From: Thermoproteaceae archaeon
GTDB taxonomy: Archaea; Thermoproteota; Thermoprotei; Thermoproteales; Thermoproteaceae
Direction of reading: 5' to 3'
Length of the DNA stretch: 31,407 bases
Assembly (NCBI GenBank): GCA_020833025.1
Contig: JAJHRB010000010.1
Coordinates: 1-31,407 of the forward strand
The notes under the pieces were generated by a model, which saw only the letters and a list, made by a program, of their open reading frames with translations, was not told where the DNA came from and made no database searches. This document shows, one piece after another, positions 1-9,676 of the stretch (the first letter of the stretch is position 1; each line of letters begins with the position of its first letter). The translations under genes and the position numbers were made by a program.

Positions 1-1566
1 GTCCTCGCGGCGTGGTCGGAGCTGGGCCCCTGCTGCTACCACACGCTGGAGCTTGCTAGGCACGTCAAGGAGGGCATTAAGGAGGCGGGCGGAGTGGGCC
101 TCGCGGCGCCCACTATTGTCGTCAACGACGGGATTAACATGGGGACGCCGGGCATGAGGTACTCGCTGGTAAGCAGGGACCTAATTGCAGACACCATCGA
201 GGCGCAGTTTAACGCCCACGGGGTGGACGCGTGGGTCGGCATAGGCTGCTGCGACAAGACGCAGCCCGGCATAATGATGGCAATGGTCAGGCTGGACCTC
301 CCCGCGGTCTTCCTCTACGGCGGTAGCGCCGAGGCGGCGTGTCTCGGCGATAGGGAGGTGGCAATAGGCGACGCCTTCGAGGCCGTCGGCGCTTACATTG
401 CCGGAAAGATCTCGCTGGAGGATCTCAGACTGGTGGAGGAGCTGTCGTTCCCGACCTGCGGGACGTGCCAGGGTCTCTACACGGCGAATACCATGGCCGC
501 GCTGGCAGAGGCCACGGGGCTCTCGCTTCTCGGCTCGGCGTCGCCGCCGGCGACGTCGTCAAGGCGCCGAGCGCTGGCCGCGGCTTCCGGCCGCGCGGTG
601 CTCGCGGCAGCCGAGCTCGGGATCACGCCGAGAAAGATTGTCACGTACGACGCGCTGCACAACGCGGCAGTAGTGCTATTCGCGACTGCGGGCTCCACGA
701 ACGCAATACTTCACCTGCTGGCGATAGCGCACGAGGCGGGCGTTGACTTCACGCTCGACGACCTTGACAAAATCAGCAGGAAGGTGCCGGTGATAGCGGC
801 GCTGAAGCCGGCGGGGCCCTACACAATGCAGGACCTCGACAGAGTCGGCGGCGTGCCTAGAATTCTGAAAAAGCTCCACAGGGCGGGGCTGCTGAGGCCT
901 GACGCCCTCACAGTGGAGGGCGAGCCGATAGGCAAGCTGCTGGATAGGTGGCAGCCGCCGCCAGTTCCCGATGCCGGAGTGCTGTTTGACGTCGACAGGC
1001 CTTACAAGCCTCACGCGGGCATTAGAATTCTGAGGGGCAATCTAGCGCCAAGCGGCGCGGTGATGAAAATCGGGGCGGCCGGCCTGACGAAATTCGAGGG
1101 AAGGGCGCGCGTTTATGACGGGGAGGCCGAGGCCTTCAAGGCCGTAGCGGCAGGCGAGATCAAGCCTGGCGACGTGGTCGTTATACGCTACGAGGGGCCC
1201 AGGGGGGCTCCCGGCATGCCTGAAATGCTGAAAATCACGGCGGCAGTAGTCGGGGCCGGGCTCGGCGAGTCAGTCGCGCTGGTCACCGACGGGCGCTTCT
1301 CCGGGGCCACCCGCGGCATAATGGTCGGGCACGTGGCGCCCGAGGCTGCAGTCGGGGGTCCCATCGCGCTCGTGGAGAGCGGCGACAGGATAGTCATTGA
1401 CGGGGAGTCGGGCCTTCTCAAGCTCGACGTGCAAGACGGGGAGCTGGAGAGGAGGAGGAAGAGGTGGCAGCCGCCGCGCAAGCAGCTCACGGGCCTTCTG
1501 GCAAAGTACGCGGCGCTGGTCCAGCAGGCAGACAGGGGGGCGGTCACGGCGCCGGCGGCTCTCTGA
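1..1566 (+). CDS. ilvD: Dihydroxy-acid dehydratase, 5' partial (frame open from base 1)
   Basis: Motifs [30 protein letters not shown]-like [24 protein letters not shown]. Frame 1 continues upstream of the ORF-track start ([14 protein letters not shown]...). Confidence 0.96.
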   Translation, partial: VLAAWSELGPCCYHTLELARHVKEGIKEAGGVGLAAPTIVVNDGINMGTPGMRYSLVSRDLIADTIEAQFNAHGVDAWVGIGCCDKTQPGIMMAMVRLDLPAVFLYGGSAEAACLGDREVAIGDAFEAVGAYIAGKISLEDLRLVEELSFPTCGTCQGLYTANTMAALAEATGLSLLGSASPPATSSRRRALAAASGRAVLAAAELGITPRKIVTYDALHNAAVVLFATAGSTNAILHLLAIAHEAGVDFTLDDLDKISRKVPVIAALKPAGPYTMQDLDRVGGVPRILKKLHRAGLLRPDALTVEGEPIGKLLDRWQPPPVPDAGVLFDVDRPYKPHAGIRILRGNLAPSGAVMKIGAAGLTKFEGRARVYDGEAEAFKAVAAGEIKPGDVVVIRYEGPRGAPGMPEMLKITAAVVGAGLGESVALVTDGRFSGATRGIMVGHVAPEAAVGGPIALVESGDRIVIDGESGLLKLDVQDGELERRRKRWQPPRKQLTGLLAKYAALVQQADRGAVTAPAAL

Positions 1567-2584
1567 CCGCGCGCCTTGCCGGCGCGGCGACGAGGGCGGC
1601 GAGTTTTTCAAGCGCGCTCTTGCACTCCGCGAGGCCCTCCGCTGTCGCGGCGACGCCGGGAACCTCAAGGCCGCGCCCTCTAAGACAGCCGGCAGCGCGC
1701 CGCCAGGTGTGGGCCTCCCGCGGCCCGCACAGTAACGCGGCCGCTGCGAGGGCCAGACGCCTCGCGGCCTTGCACGCCGCCGCGGGATCGCTCGCGCTCG
1801 CTGCCCGCGCCAGCTCGCCCGCCGCCGCAATCTCGCCCTCGAGAGCCCTCTCGAAGTCAATTACGTAGGGCCTCCCGCACAGCAGAACGCCCCACTGCGT
1901 CGCGAAGTAGTGGAAGAGGTCCTCAGACGGCGCCGGCGCTGCGTGCACGTTATATCCGCGCGGCACGTCGCTGACGCTGCCGTAGGCTATCACGTCGATG
2001 CCGCCCTCCTGCCCCTCTAGCGACCAGCCGGGGATGTACAGCGTCGCGCTGCCGCACGCGCGCCGCAGCTCTGCGTAGGCGCGCCGGACTAGGTCCGCCG
2101 GGGGCAGCTCGTAAGCGCCGAAGCACGGCGTCCTCTCGTGCGCCTCCTCGCCGCCCCTCCTTATGTGTATTACCCTGATTCCCTCGCCTGTCAGGAAGTC
2201 GGCGAGAAACTGCCGGTGGCAGTAGCGCCAGCTCTCCTCCCTGCAGAGCAGCGCGACAGTCCTGCGGCTGGCGAGGTCTCTCAGCTCTACGAGCTGGAGT
2301 ATTGCGGGGGCGTAGTGGTACAGCCTCCACACGTAGGAGTCGAATGTCCGCGAGCCCGTGCAGCCGGCCCTCGGCCCCCTCACGCCCAGCGCGCCGAGCT
2401 CTCCAAGCCACACATACTCGATGCCCTCGCGGGCGAGGGCCTCCTTGAGGCTCTCCCCGGAGTAAGCCGCAATGCGCGAGCGCGGATACCTCCTGATGTC
2501 AACGACAACTTCAACCCGCCGCTCTCTCAGAGCCCTGAGGAGGCGCTCCGGCGGGAACCCGCCGTAGCCGATAGTGTAGGCCAT
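1544..2584 (-). CDS. DUF488-family domain fused to a degenerate nucleotidyltransferase-like and helical (HEPN-like?) C-terminal region
   Basis: N-terminal [22 protein letters not shown] and [13 protein letters not shown] are DUF488 motifs. C-terminal LYIPGWS...GGIDVIAY resembles a minimal nucleotidyltransferase motif. The C-terminal assignment is inference. Confidence 0.8.
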   Translation of the reverse strand: MAYTIGYGGFPPERLLRALRERRVEVVVDIRRYPRSRIAAYSGESLKEALAREGIEYVWLGELGALGVRGPRAGCTGSRTFDSYVWRLYHYAPAILQLVELRDLASRRTVALLCREESWRYCHRQFLADFLTGEGIRVIHIRRGGEEAHERTPCFGAYELPPADLVRRAYAELRRACGSATLYIPGWSLEGQEGGIDVIAYGSVSDVPRGYNVHAAPAPSEDLFHYFATQWGVLLCGRPYVIDFERALEGEIAAAGELARAASASDPAAACKAARRLALAAAALLCGPREAHTWRRAAGCLRGRGLEVPGVAATAEGLAECKSALEKLAALVAAPARRAVREPPAP

Positions 2585-2622
2585 GCAGCTTTATCACGCC
2601 GGCGCCGCGGGCCCTCTCAGCC

Positions 2623-3120
2623 TCAGCCCGGCGCGCAGACCCTCCTCGCCTCCTCCACCAGCCTCGCCACGTATGGCTCCCTCTCTCTCACCGCGTCGGC
2701 GTCCAGCTTTGCCTCGTGAAACCCCCAGACGTGGAGGGCCCACGCGTGGTCCCACGCGTCGAGGAGCCACCCTCCCAGCCTCCTGGCTGCGTCGCGGGCT
2801 GCCCTGTCAAGCTCTGCCGCAGTCCAGCGGCCGCGCTCCTCGGCCCTGCTGGCAGCGTCCAGATTGAGGCATGCCGCCAGTGCCTTGACGGCCTCCTCGG
2901 CAGCCTTGTACAGCTTTTCGGATGCCTGGACTGGATCTCTATCCGCGAGCGATCCCCCCTCCTCTAGATACCTGGCGGCAAGCTCTAAGCGGGCCGCGAT
3001 TGCAGTCTTCGGGTCTAGCTGCAGAGCCCTGACTATCATGTCGACGATCCAGGATTCAACATCTATGCCCCTCTTTTTTAGCTCTCTCGCTAGCGTCTCG
3101 GGAATCGCGACAGCCGCCAC
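2623..3120 (-). CDS. PaREP1-family protein (HEPN-like fold)
   Basis: DPVQASEKLYKAAEEAVKALA and WDHAWALHVWGFHE motifs. Start moved to GTG at 3120 because the ORF-track extension contains the TATA-like TTTTAA (3141-3146). Confidence 0.9.
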   Translation of the reverse strand: MAAVAIPETLARELKKRGIDVESWIVDMIVRALQLDPKTAIAARLELAARYLEEGGSLADRDPVQASEKLYKAAEEAVKALAACLNLDAASRAEERGRWTAAELDRAARDAARRLGGWLLDAWDHAWALHVWGFHEAKLDADAVREREPYVARLVEEARRVCAPG

Positions 3121-3269
3121 GGTCGGAGCGGCGGGGCTGCTTAAAAGCACTCAGAGGTGCCCTCAGCCGGGCCGCCGCTTCACTCGCGGGAACAGAGAGC
3201 GGCTCTAGATTCGGCAGCGGAGAAGTGCCCGGCGCCCGTCTGCGGGATTCCGCCGCTCTTCAGAGCCGT

Positions 3270-3540
3270 GCGATAATTTTTGTGTTGTCACTTTCCCCTC
3301 CATTTTTAACTGCGTTTTCTAGACCCATAACATGACCTCGAGACATGTCAAGTATTATTACATCTGTCTCAAGACCCCCTCCTTCGCGGTATTGGTAAGC
3401 TACTCTATAGTTTTGCAGAGTCTGTCTCCCCTGCCTTTCCCTCTCGCTACAAGTACAGGCACACCTTTTTGATTTTAAGGCCTTCTTAACGGAAAGAGGG
3501 CATCTGTGCCAACATTACCATTACCAGCGCCTCATTATTG
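3270..3540 (-). pseudogene. AT-rich remnant, possibly a decayed PD-(D/E)xK or ATPase-associated nuclease fragment
   Basis: Composition shift against the flanks. A minus-strand frame reads ...NYRVAYQYREGGGLETDVIILDMSRGHVMGLE... with no start codon and nearby stops. Confidence 0.3.
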
Positions 3541-3546
3541 CCCCTC

Positions 3547-5253
3547 TCAAGCCACAGGAGCTGCCAGCTTCACGGCGAGGGCGGCTGCGTACGCAATAGC
3601 AAACTGCAGAGCTGAGGCAGCCAGCGCGAGCTTGAGGCCCGCGATTCTGCGCACTGAGGTTAGCGTGGCTATGCATGAAGAGTAGAAAGCCATGAATACT
3701 AGAAGGGCCAGCGTTGAGGAGATCGGCAGCACGGTCAGGGTCTCGAGAGCCCCCGTGGCCTCCATTAAGCCCAGCACGACCTCCTTGAACACCCAGCCGC
3801 CGATAACACTCGCGGCTATATTCCACGTCCAGCCCATGGGCGCGAAGAAGGCCTCGAGGGCTCTGCCGGCCCAGGCCAGATAGCTCTCCGAAATGCTCTC
3901 GACAATCCCGCCGGGGCCGAGAGACTCGAGAGGCCACAGCACGAGAACAAATGCCGCCAGCAGCGGCGCGACCTTTCTCAGCGAATCCCTGAGATATACT
4001 GCAAGCTTCAGCGCGAAGATCCTGGGGCTAGGTAGCATTAACGGGGCTGGCGGCACCTCGCCGCAAATAAGCGGCGGCGTCTTAAACAGCCTCCGGTACA
4101 GGTGCGAGGCCAACGGGATTACGGCGAGCGCGGCAGCGTACGGCAGGAAGATCGCCAGCGGGACTAAATGCGGCGCGCCCCTCAGCGCTGCGGCAGCCAC
4201 CGCCACGAATATCGCGAGGCGCGCGGCACAGGGGACGTACGGCACGAGAAGCGCCGTGAGGAACCTACTCCCGGCGCCCCATAGAACTCCCGCCGCGTTT
4301 ACTGCAGGGACGTTGCAGGAGGCTCCCACGAGCAGACAGACCACGCCCCTCGGGGGCACCCCCGTGCGTGCCAAGCGCCCCTCCAGCCTGCGCGTCAGGA
4401 GCCCTATTAGCCCCGTCTCCTCGTAGAACACTACCAGCACGAGGGCAGTAGCGATGTAGACAGACAGCACGGCTATCGTGGACACGGCACTCCAAACTCC
4501 GTCCGCAAGGAAGGAGGCGAGCGGCGGGCTTGCAACCGCACCTTTTATGTACTCGGCCACCGCCTCACTCGCAGACTCGAACAGCGGCACGACCGCGTAG
4601 GGAAAGTCCCCGAGCGGCGTCACGCCCTCCACAAGCGCGAGGAGTGCCAGGAGGGTCAGTATGCCTACTGCCGCCAGGAGCGGCGCGGCCACGAGGGGTC
4701 TCGATAGCACCGCCGCAATTCCCGCGCCGGGGGTCGGGAGGGGCACATCCACGGCCCTCACGTGTCTGCCGCCCCCGCCCCCGGCCATTAACTTCTTGAG
4801 CTCGGCAACTCCCCTTCCTCTCACTGCCACGGTGCATACAACGGGCGCGCCCAGCTTGGCGGAGAGCTCCTCGGGCGGCAGGGGCAGCGGGGCTAGGTCA
4901 GACATGTTGTACGCAAAGATCACGGGCTTGCTCTTGCTCACTATCTCGGCCAGCCTCACTGCCTCACGGAGCGCGTGCGGCGCGGCGACAACCACCGCGC
5001 CGTCGTAATCCCCCTTCAGCGCCTCCTCGAGCGCGACCCTCTCGTCGAGGTCTCTCGGGCTGTCGGGATTCAGCACTCCAGGCGTGTCGGCGACTTCCAC
5101 GATGACGTCTCCCACGCGGAACCTCCCCCGGCGCACCTCCACCGTGGTGCCCGGGTAGTTGGCCGTCCTGACGTAGATTCCCGTCAGCGCGTAGAACAGC
5201 GTCGACTTCCCGGTATTGGGAGGGCCAACAAGTACGTACTTAACCGTCCTCAC
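3547..5253 (-). CDS. feoB: Ferrous iron transporter FeoB
   Basis: G1 GPPNTGKS, G2 NYPGTT, G3 DTPG, G4-like NMSD, then a membrane region with GASCNVPA and VPYVPCAARL. GTG start at 5253, TATA-like TTAAAAA at 5274-5280. Confidence 0.93.
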   Translation of the reverse strand: MRTVKYVLVGPPNTGKSTLFYALTGIYVRTANYPGTTVEVRRGRFRVGDVIVEVADTPGVLNPDSPRDLDERVALEEALKGDYDGAVVVAAPHALREAVRLAEIVSKSKPVIFAYNMSDLAPLPLPPEELSAKLGAPVVCTVAVRGRGVAELKKLMAGGGGGRHVRAVDVPLPTPGAGIAAVLSRPLVAAPLLAAVGILTLLALLALVEGVTPLGDFPYAVVPLFESASEAVAEYIKGAVASPPLASFLADGVWSAVSTIAVLSVYIATALVLVVFYEETGLIGLLTRRLEGRLARTGVPPRGVVCLLVGASCNVPAVNAAGVLWGAGSRFLTALLVPYVPCAARLAIFVAVAAAALRGAPHLVPLAIFLPYAAALAVIPLASHLYRRLFKTPPLICGEVPPAPLMLPSPRIFALKLAVYLRDSLRKVAPLLAAFVLVLWPLESLGPGGIVESISESYLAWAGRALEAFFAPMGWTWNIAASVIGGWVFKEVVLGLMEATGALETLTVLPISSTLALLVFMAFYSSCIATLTSVRRIAGLKLALAASALQFAIAYAAALAVKLAAPVA

Positions 5254-5422
5254 AATTAACAGCGTTAACTGGATTTTTAATTTTTTCGCGGCAGCACGCG
5301 CCGCAAGCGTCTCGACACCGCGCAGTATGGCAGCAGGCGCGTAAACAGAGTTAACGGCGGCGCACTGCGGGGCAGGCTCGGATTTACGAGCGCCGCCCGG
5401 CCCGACGGGCTCGGGCGCGCGA

Positions 5423-7279
5423 TTACTCCGAGAATACAAGCTGGTCAAGCCGGCTCTTGAACCGCATCCACCACTCGTAGTAGTCCTCGTACTCGGCAAA
5501 CCTCCACTCCCTGGCGCCCAGCTCTGATGCCAGCGTGGATATGAGGTCTCTCGTCCGCCTCCCCTCCCACGGCAGCGGCTCGGCCCCTGAGAGCTTCGCG
5601 TAATATGCAAGCTCCCTGTACAGCGCTGGCGATGGCGGCTTCAGCCCGGCCAGCCTGTACAGGTCCTCGAGCACCTCCTCGGCCCAGCCCCTGTGAAACC
5701 TGCAGACGCCCGCGTTGTCTATGAACATTTCCGCAATGGCGCGCCTGTAGGCGGACTCGGCGAAGTCCTCGGGCGGCATGAACGTCGGTGTGTAGTTGCT
5801 CCAGTAGCGGCCGAGCATGTACATCGGCGCGACAAGGCCTGGGGCCCAGTAGAAGCTCGGCGTCATGTAGCCCTCGGAGCCAAGCGCCGCGTAGACGGCA
5901 AGGTCTCTGAACCTGCAGCCAGTCGCCCTGACCCTGTCGCTGAAGCGCCGCTCGAGCTCGCGCGCGGCCGCCCTAATGCCGCGCCTCGCGACGAGCGAGA
6001 GGGCCTCCGTGGCCCCGCTGACGAAGCCGTCTACCAGCTCCGACGCGAGCTTGGCGTTCCTCCTTGAGTCCCCGAGGGGCTCGAACTTTGCCGGGTCGAA
6101 CGCGGGCACGTCGCCTATCCCGACCTCCTCCGGTCTCAGCAGGCCGACGTGGACGGCGTCGAAGAGCCACGCAATGACGTGCCCCATTTCTATCGCGTCG
6201 AGCCCGAGCCTGTCGACCCTGTCGACTAGCGGCACGGCCTCCTCGAAGACGTAGTTGCCTATGAAGGGCCCCATTGCGTGAAACGGCTCGTAGTCCACCT
6301 TCTTGCCGCGCCACGCCTTCTTGCACAAGACGGGGCACGGCTCCCCGCAGTTGTACCACTCCCTCGATTTGTCTTGCTCCGCCTTGAACGGCTTCCAGAA
6401 GAGCTCGAGCACGAGCTCCGCGTGCCTCCTCCTCTCCTCCCTTGGCATGTAGATCGACTTGTAGCCGAACAGCGGCAGCAGGTCGCGGTAGTGCGGGTAG
6501 TTGACGCCGAACGTCCCGCCGGCGCCGACCTTTGAATCGTAGCGGTACTTCACCGTCTTTTCGTTGAGCGCGTCGCGGTAGGGCTTCCCGAACCTCGCCT
6601 TGAAGATCTCGTCCAGGGCCTTGGCGTCTGCCACCCTGTCGTGCAGCGGCCTCTTGGGCCCGCCCGCGACGACCGCAACGACGTTATGCCCCTGCGCCAG
6701 CGCAGTGCCGGGGCCGCCTCTGCCGGCAAAGTCCTCCGCGCCTGGCCTGAGCCTGCCGTCACGCACGTCCACGTCCACGGAGACCACGGCGCCGTTGTAC
6801 GTCGTGAAGGCCGCAGGCCCGACCACTAGCGCTCTCGCGTCGTTCCTCGCGAAGAAGTCCCTGTGCAGCTCGTAGAGCCTCCTTGCCGTCTCGTACACGT
6901 CCCCGCCGGGCTGGAACTCGACGAACTGTACCTCCCCGCTCGCTATGAGGAGCGCAGTGCGCCTCGAGGCCCTCCCGACGATCGATACGGCCTGCGCCCC
7001 CATGCCCATTGCCTTGTACGCCGCGCCGCCCATTGTCGAGACGTGGAGCATCCTAGTCTGCGGGCTCTTGAAGACAAAGACCAGCCGGTGCACGCCAAAG
7101 AGCCTCCCTCCGACGAAGGGGCCGAAGCCAAAGACGAACGGCACCTCGGGCGAGAGCGGGTCGAGACGCCACGTCTCCCGCCTCTTGTGCAGCGCCAGCG
7201 CGGCCTCGATGGGCCCTGAGGCGTCAAGCTCCACCTTGCTAACTCTCTGTCTCTCAACGTCTATCTCAAGAATCAGCAT
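5423..7279 (-). CDS. gor: Glyceraldehyde-3-phosphate:ferredoxin oxidoreductase (GAPOR, tungsten/molybdenum AOR family)
   Basis: FKSPQT...STMGGAAY, GGTFGVNY, CGEPCPVLCKK, DYEPF, GLDAIE, GVCRFHRGWAE match the GAPOR pattern. Confidence 0.9.
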   Translation of the reverse strand: MLILEIDVERQRVSKVELDASGPIEAALALHKRRETWRLDPLSPEVPFVFGFGPFVGGRLFGVHRLVFVFKSPQTRMLHVSTMGGAAYKAMGMGAQAVSIVGRASRRTALLIASGEVQFVEFQPGGDVYETARRLYELHRDFFARNDARALVVGPAAFTTYNGAVVSVDVDVRDGRLRPGAEDFAGRGGPGTALAQGHNVVAVVAGGPKRPLHDRVADAKALDEIFKARFGKPYRDALNEKTVKYRYDSKVGAGGTFGVNYPHYRDLLPLFGYKSIYMPREERRRHAELVLELFWKPFKAEQDKSREWYNCGEPCPVLCKKAWRGKKVDYEPFHAMGPFIGNYVFEEAVPLVDRVDRLGLDAIEMGHVIAWLFDAVHVGLLRPEEVGIGDVPAFDPAKFEPLGDSRRNAKLASELVDGFVSGATEALSLVARRGIRAAARELERRFSDRVRATGCRFRDLAVYAALGSEGYMTPSFYWAPGLVAPMYMLGRYWSNYTPTFMPPEDFAESAYRRAIAEMFIDNAGVCRFHRGWAEEVLEDLYRLAGLKPPSPALYRELAYYAKLSGAEPLPWEGRRTRDLISTLASELGAREWRFAEYEDYYEWWMRFKSRLDQLVFSE

Positions 7280-7414
7280 TGCCGGCGCGCCTGTGCCGCA
7301 TTAATAAACCTCACCAACAGCGATGTTGTAATAGCTACTCGGCCAGAGAGCTGGGCGCGCGGTAGTAACCACTAGGGGCTCCAGCTTAATAAGGAACGCC
7401 GGGACGGTGGGCCC

Positions 7415-8323
7415 GTGTGGTTTTACGCTAAGTTCTTCCTCGAGACCTCGGCCCTCGTATTCGCCTCCCTGCTGGCAGCCGGGGCGCTCGAGAAGCTGGG
7501 CGCGTTCCGGAGACTGACGTCGCTCGCCGCACCTCTCGCCTCTGCCCTGGGGCTGCCGAGAGGCCTCGTGCCGTTAATGGCGCTCTCTCTTGCCAGCCCC
7601 ACCGCCGCGTATGCCATTCTGGCCAAGCTCGGCGATGCCAGGGGTGTCATTGCGGCGTTTCTCCTGCTCTCGCCGCTCAGCTTTCTGTACGACGCGCTCA
7701 GGTTCTCAATTCCCATCGCGCTGTCTACTCTCCGGCAGGCCGCCGCGCCTTACATTGCGCTCACCGCGCTCAGGCTGCTCGCGTTCTCCGCCCTATGCTA
7801 CGCGGCCGCCAGGCTCTACCTCGCGCACCTCGGCCGCCTTGACGCGATAATGGCAAGCGCCGCGGGCGGAGAGACCTCGTGGCGCGGCGTGGTGGCAAGC
7901 ACGGCGCGGCTTTGGCTTAAAATCTCGGCCAGACTGGCGGCGGCAACGGCAGCCGTTGCCGCGCTAGACGCAGCAGGCGCCATTAGGCTTCTCGGCGCGC
8001 TTTTCGGCGCCTCGCTCTCCCTCGGGGAGGCCGGCACCGCTGTAGTGGCGGCAGCGGCAGCAAATTATATCTCTGCGATGTACGTGGCGGGGGTCTTTCT
8101 CGCGCGCGGAGAGCTCACAGTGAGGGAGGCCCTGCTGGCGCTCTTCGCCGGGCAGCTAGTGTCCGCGCCCCTCGTGCACCTCAGGGCCTACCTGCCGCAG
8201 AGAGTCGGCATTTTCGGCGCGAGGATGGCCGTGAGGCTTACGGCATACACGCTTGCATTCTCGGAGGTCTCAAGCGCCGCATGCCTGGCGCTCGTGCTGG
8301 CGTGCGCTGACGTGATAAACTAA
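7415..8323 (+). CDS. Nucleoside-recognition (Gate) domain membrane protein
   Basis: Hydrophobic 302-aa ORF with LAAPLASALGLP...SLASPTAA and a second-half repeat (AANYISAM...GELTVREA..L..GQ). TATA-like TTAATAA about 25 nt upstream. Confidence 0.7.
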   Translation: MWFYAKFFLETSALVFASLLAAGALEKLGAFRRLTSLAAPLASALGLPRGLVPLMALSLASPTAAYAILAKLGDARGVIAAFLLLSPLSFLYDALRFSIPIALSTLRQAAAPYIALTALRLLAFSALCYAAARLYLAHLGRLDAIMASAAGGETSWRGVVASTARLWLKISARLAAATAAVAALDAAGAIRLLGALFGASLSLGEAGTAVVAAAAANYISAMYVAGVFLARGELTVREALLALFAGQLVSAPLVHLRAYLPQRVGIFGARMAVRLTAYTLAFSEVSSAACLALVLACADVIN

Positions 8324-8438
8324 CCTTTCAATCCTCACGGCAATGGTAGTACAGCACGGCGCCGTCCAGAAATATCTTTCAGCCCTTTCTCTTGAGATCC
8401 AGGGCCCTCCGGCCGCGCCTCCCGCATCAGGAGCTTTA

Positions 8439-8477
8439 CCGCGGCGCGCCCCGACAATTGCAGTAGTGCATCTCGGC
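8439..8477 (+). repeat. 39-bp perfect inverted repeat, copy A
   Basis: ccgcggcgcgccccgacaattgcagtagtgcatctcggc is the exact reverse complement of 24101-24139. Confidence 0.95.
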
Positions 8478-8680
8478 AGGCTAGCGCTGGCGCCGCGCGG
8501 CCTCGACCCGCGCGAGCGCAAGAGCGAGCTGCCGGCGCCGCCCGGCGCCTCAAGCCTGCACGGCGTTTTTTAAACTGGGCGCCCGCCTTGCAGAGCAAAG
8601 CCCGGCGGCAGAGCAGACTGCCTCTATCAGTGTAAAGCGGGTTCCGCACGACGATTTATAAACGCTTTAAGCGCGCCGAC

Positions 8681-8747
8681 GCGGAGAGGGCGCCCCAGCA
8701 GACGGCAGACGCGGTGCCGGGTTAAGGGGGCGCTTGTGCTCTCCCGC
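8681..8747 (+). ncRNA. Candidate small structured RNA (long hairpin)
   Basis: ggagag/ctctcc and gcgcccc/ggggcgc stems with inner ggca/tgcc. TTTATAA at 8655-8661, about 22-25 nt upstream. Confidence 0.25.
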
Positions 8748-8817
8748 CGTTGTGTGCCGAGCCCTGAGGTGCTCGCGCCCCGCGCTCTTCTTAAATGGCG
8801 GCACCGAGCTCCCTGCA

Positions 8818-9663
8818 GTGCAGGGAGCCGGCATCTCCGTGCTGACGCACGCGGAGCTACAGGACTGGGTCTCGCAAGCGCTGAGGGAGGTGGGCGCGGA
8901 GGCTGTCAGCGGCGAGGGCTCTCTCGATGCAGTGCGCGCCGTGCACAGCGAGATCTTCGTCAGGGCGGTGTCAAAGCGCCGCGAGGCGCTACTCGCCGCG
9001 GCCGTTGCGGAAGCAGCCCTCGCGAGAGGGCGGGCAGTGTTTTACACAGGCGGAACTATAATGGCAGGATTTCACGCGCCTAGAATGGGCCACGCGTTCA
9101 ATGCTGCGGCCTACATCGCGAGGAGGGCCGGCGCGGCGGTCGTGAGCATAGACCTGCACTTTCCGAGGGGCACGTGGGAGCTCCACCTCGAGCACGCATT
9201 CCCGCTACTTGTCGTTTACGGGGGCGTGGACGGCCCGTCGTTCGGGCACCTGGTCAGGCGCGGGCATGCAGTAGTGCCACTCCCGCTGCCCCCAGGCGCC
9301 GGCGACGAGAGCCTCGTCAGAGTGCTAGCGCCCGCCATAGACGCGGCGGGAGAGCCGCTGGTAGTGCAACTGGGATTTGACATCCACAGGGACGACCCGA
9401 CCGGGTACCTCTTCGCGTCCGAGCTCTTCTTCTACGAGCTGGGCAGGCTGCTCTCAGGCCGCGCGTTCTTCATATCGGTGGAGTGCCCATCAACGCCGAG
9501 CGTGTTCAAGAGGTCGATAGCCGCCCTCCTCGCGGGCCTCAGAGGCTCGGAGCCTCCGCGCGTCGAGCCGCACAAAGAAGGGCGGAAGGTCGTTGAGGAG
9601 GTGAGGCGCGTGGCGGGCAGGGCTAGAAAGCTGCTGGAGAGGTTGAGAAGGCGGGAGCGGTAG
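8818..9663 (+). CDS. Histone deacetylase/acetoin utilization-like protein with a degenerate active site
   Basis: AVHS.., GFHA, FNAAAY, SIDLH, LPLPPGAGD, LGFDIHRDDP motifs. GTG start at 8818 chosen from TTAAAT at 8791-8796. Confidence 0.8.
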   Translation: MQGAGISVLTHAELQDWVSQALREVGAEAVSGEGSLDAVRAVHSEIFVRAVSKRREALLAAAVAEAALARGRAVFYTGGTIMAGFHAPRMGHAFNAAAYIARRAGAAVVSIDLHFPRGTWELHLEHAFPLLVVYGGVDGPSFGHLVRRGHAVVPLPLPPGAGDESLVRVLAPAIDAAGEPLVVQLGFDIHRDDPTGYLFASELFFYELGRLLSGRAFFISVECPSTPSVFKRSIAALLAGLRGSEPPRVEPHKEGRKVVEEVRRVAGRARKLLERLRRRER

Positions 9664-9676
9664 CCCGGGCCCCCGC

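Noticed and set aside
5254-5610. 120-aa N-terminal extension of FeoB (and similar extensions of trxB, rpl22, rpl38e, tnpB, GH1, nadA)
   Set aside because: The extensions cross TATA boxes or neighbouring genes. Downstream starts fit the family N-termini and promoter spacing.
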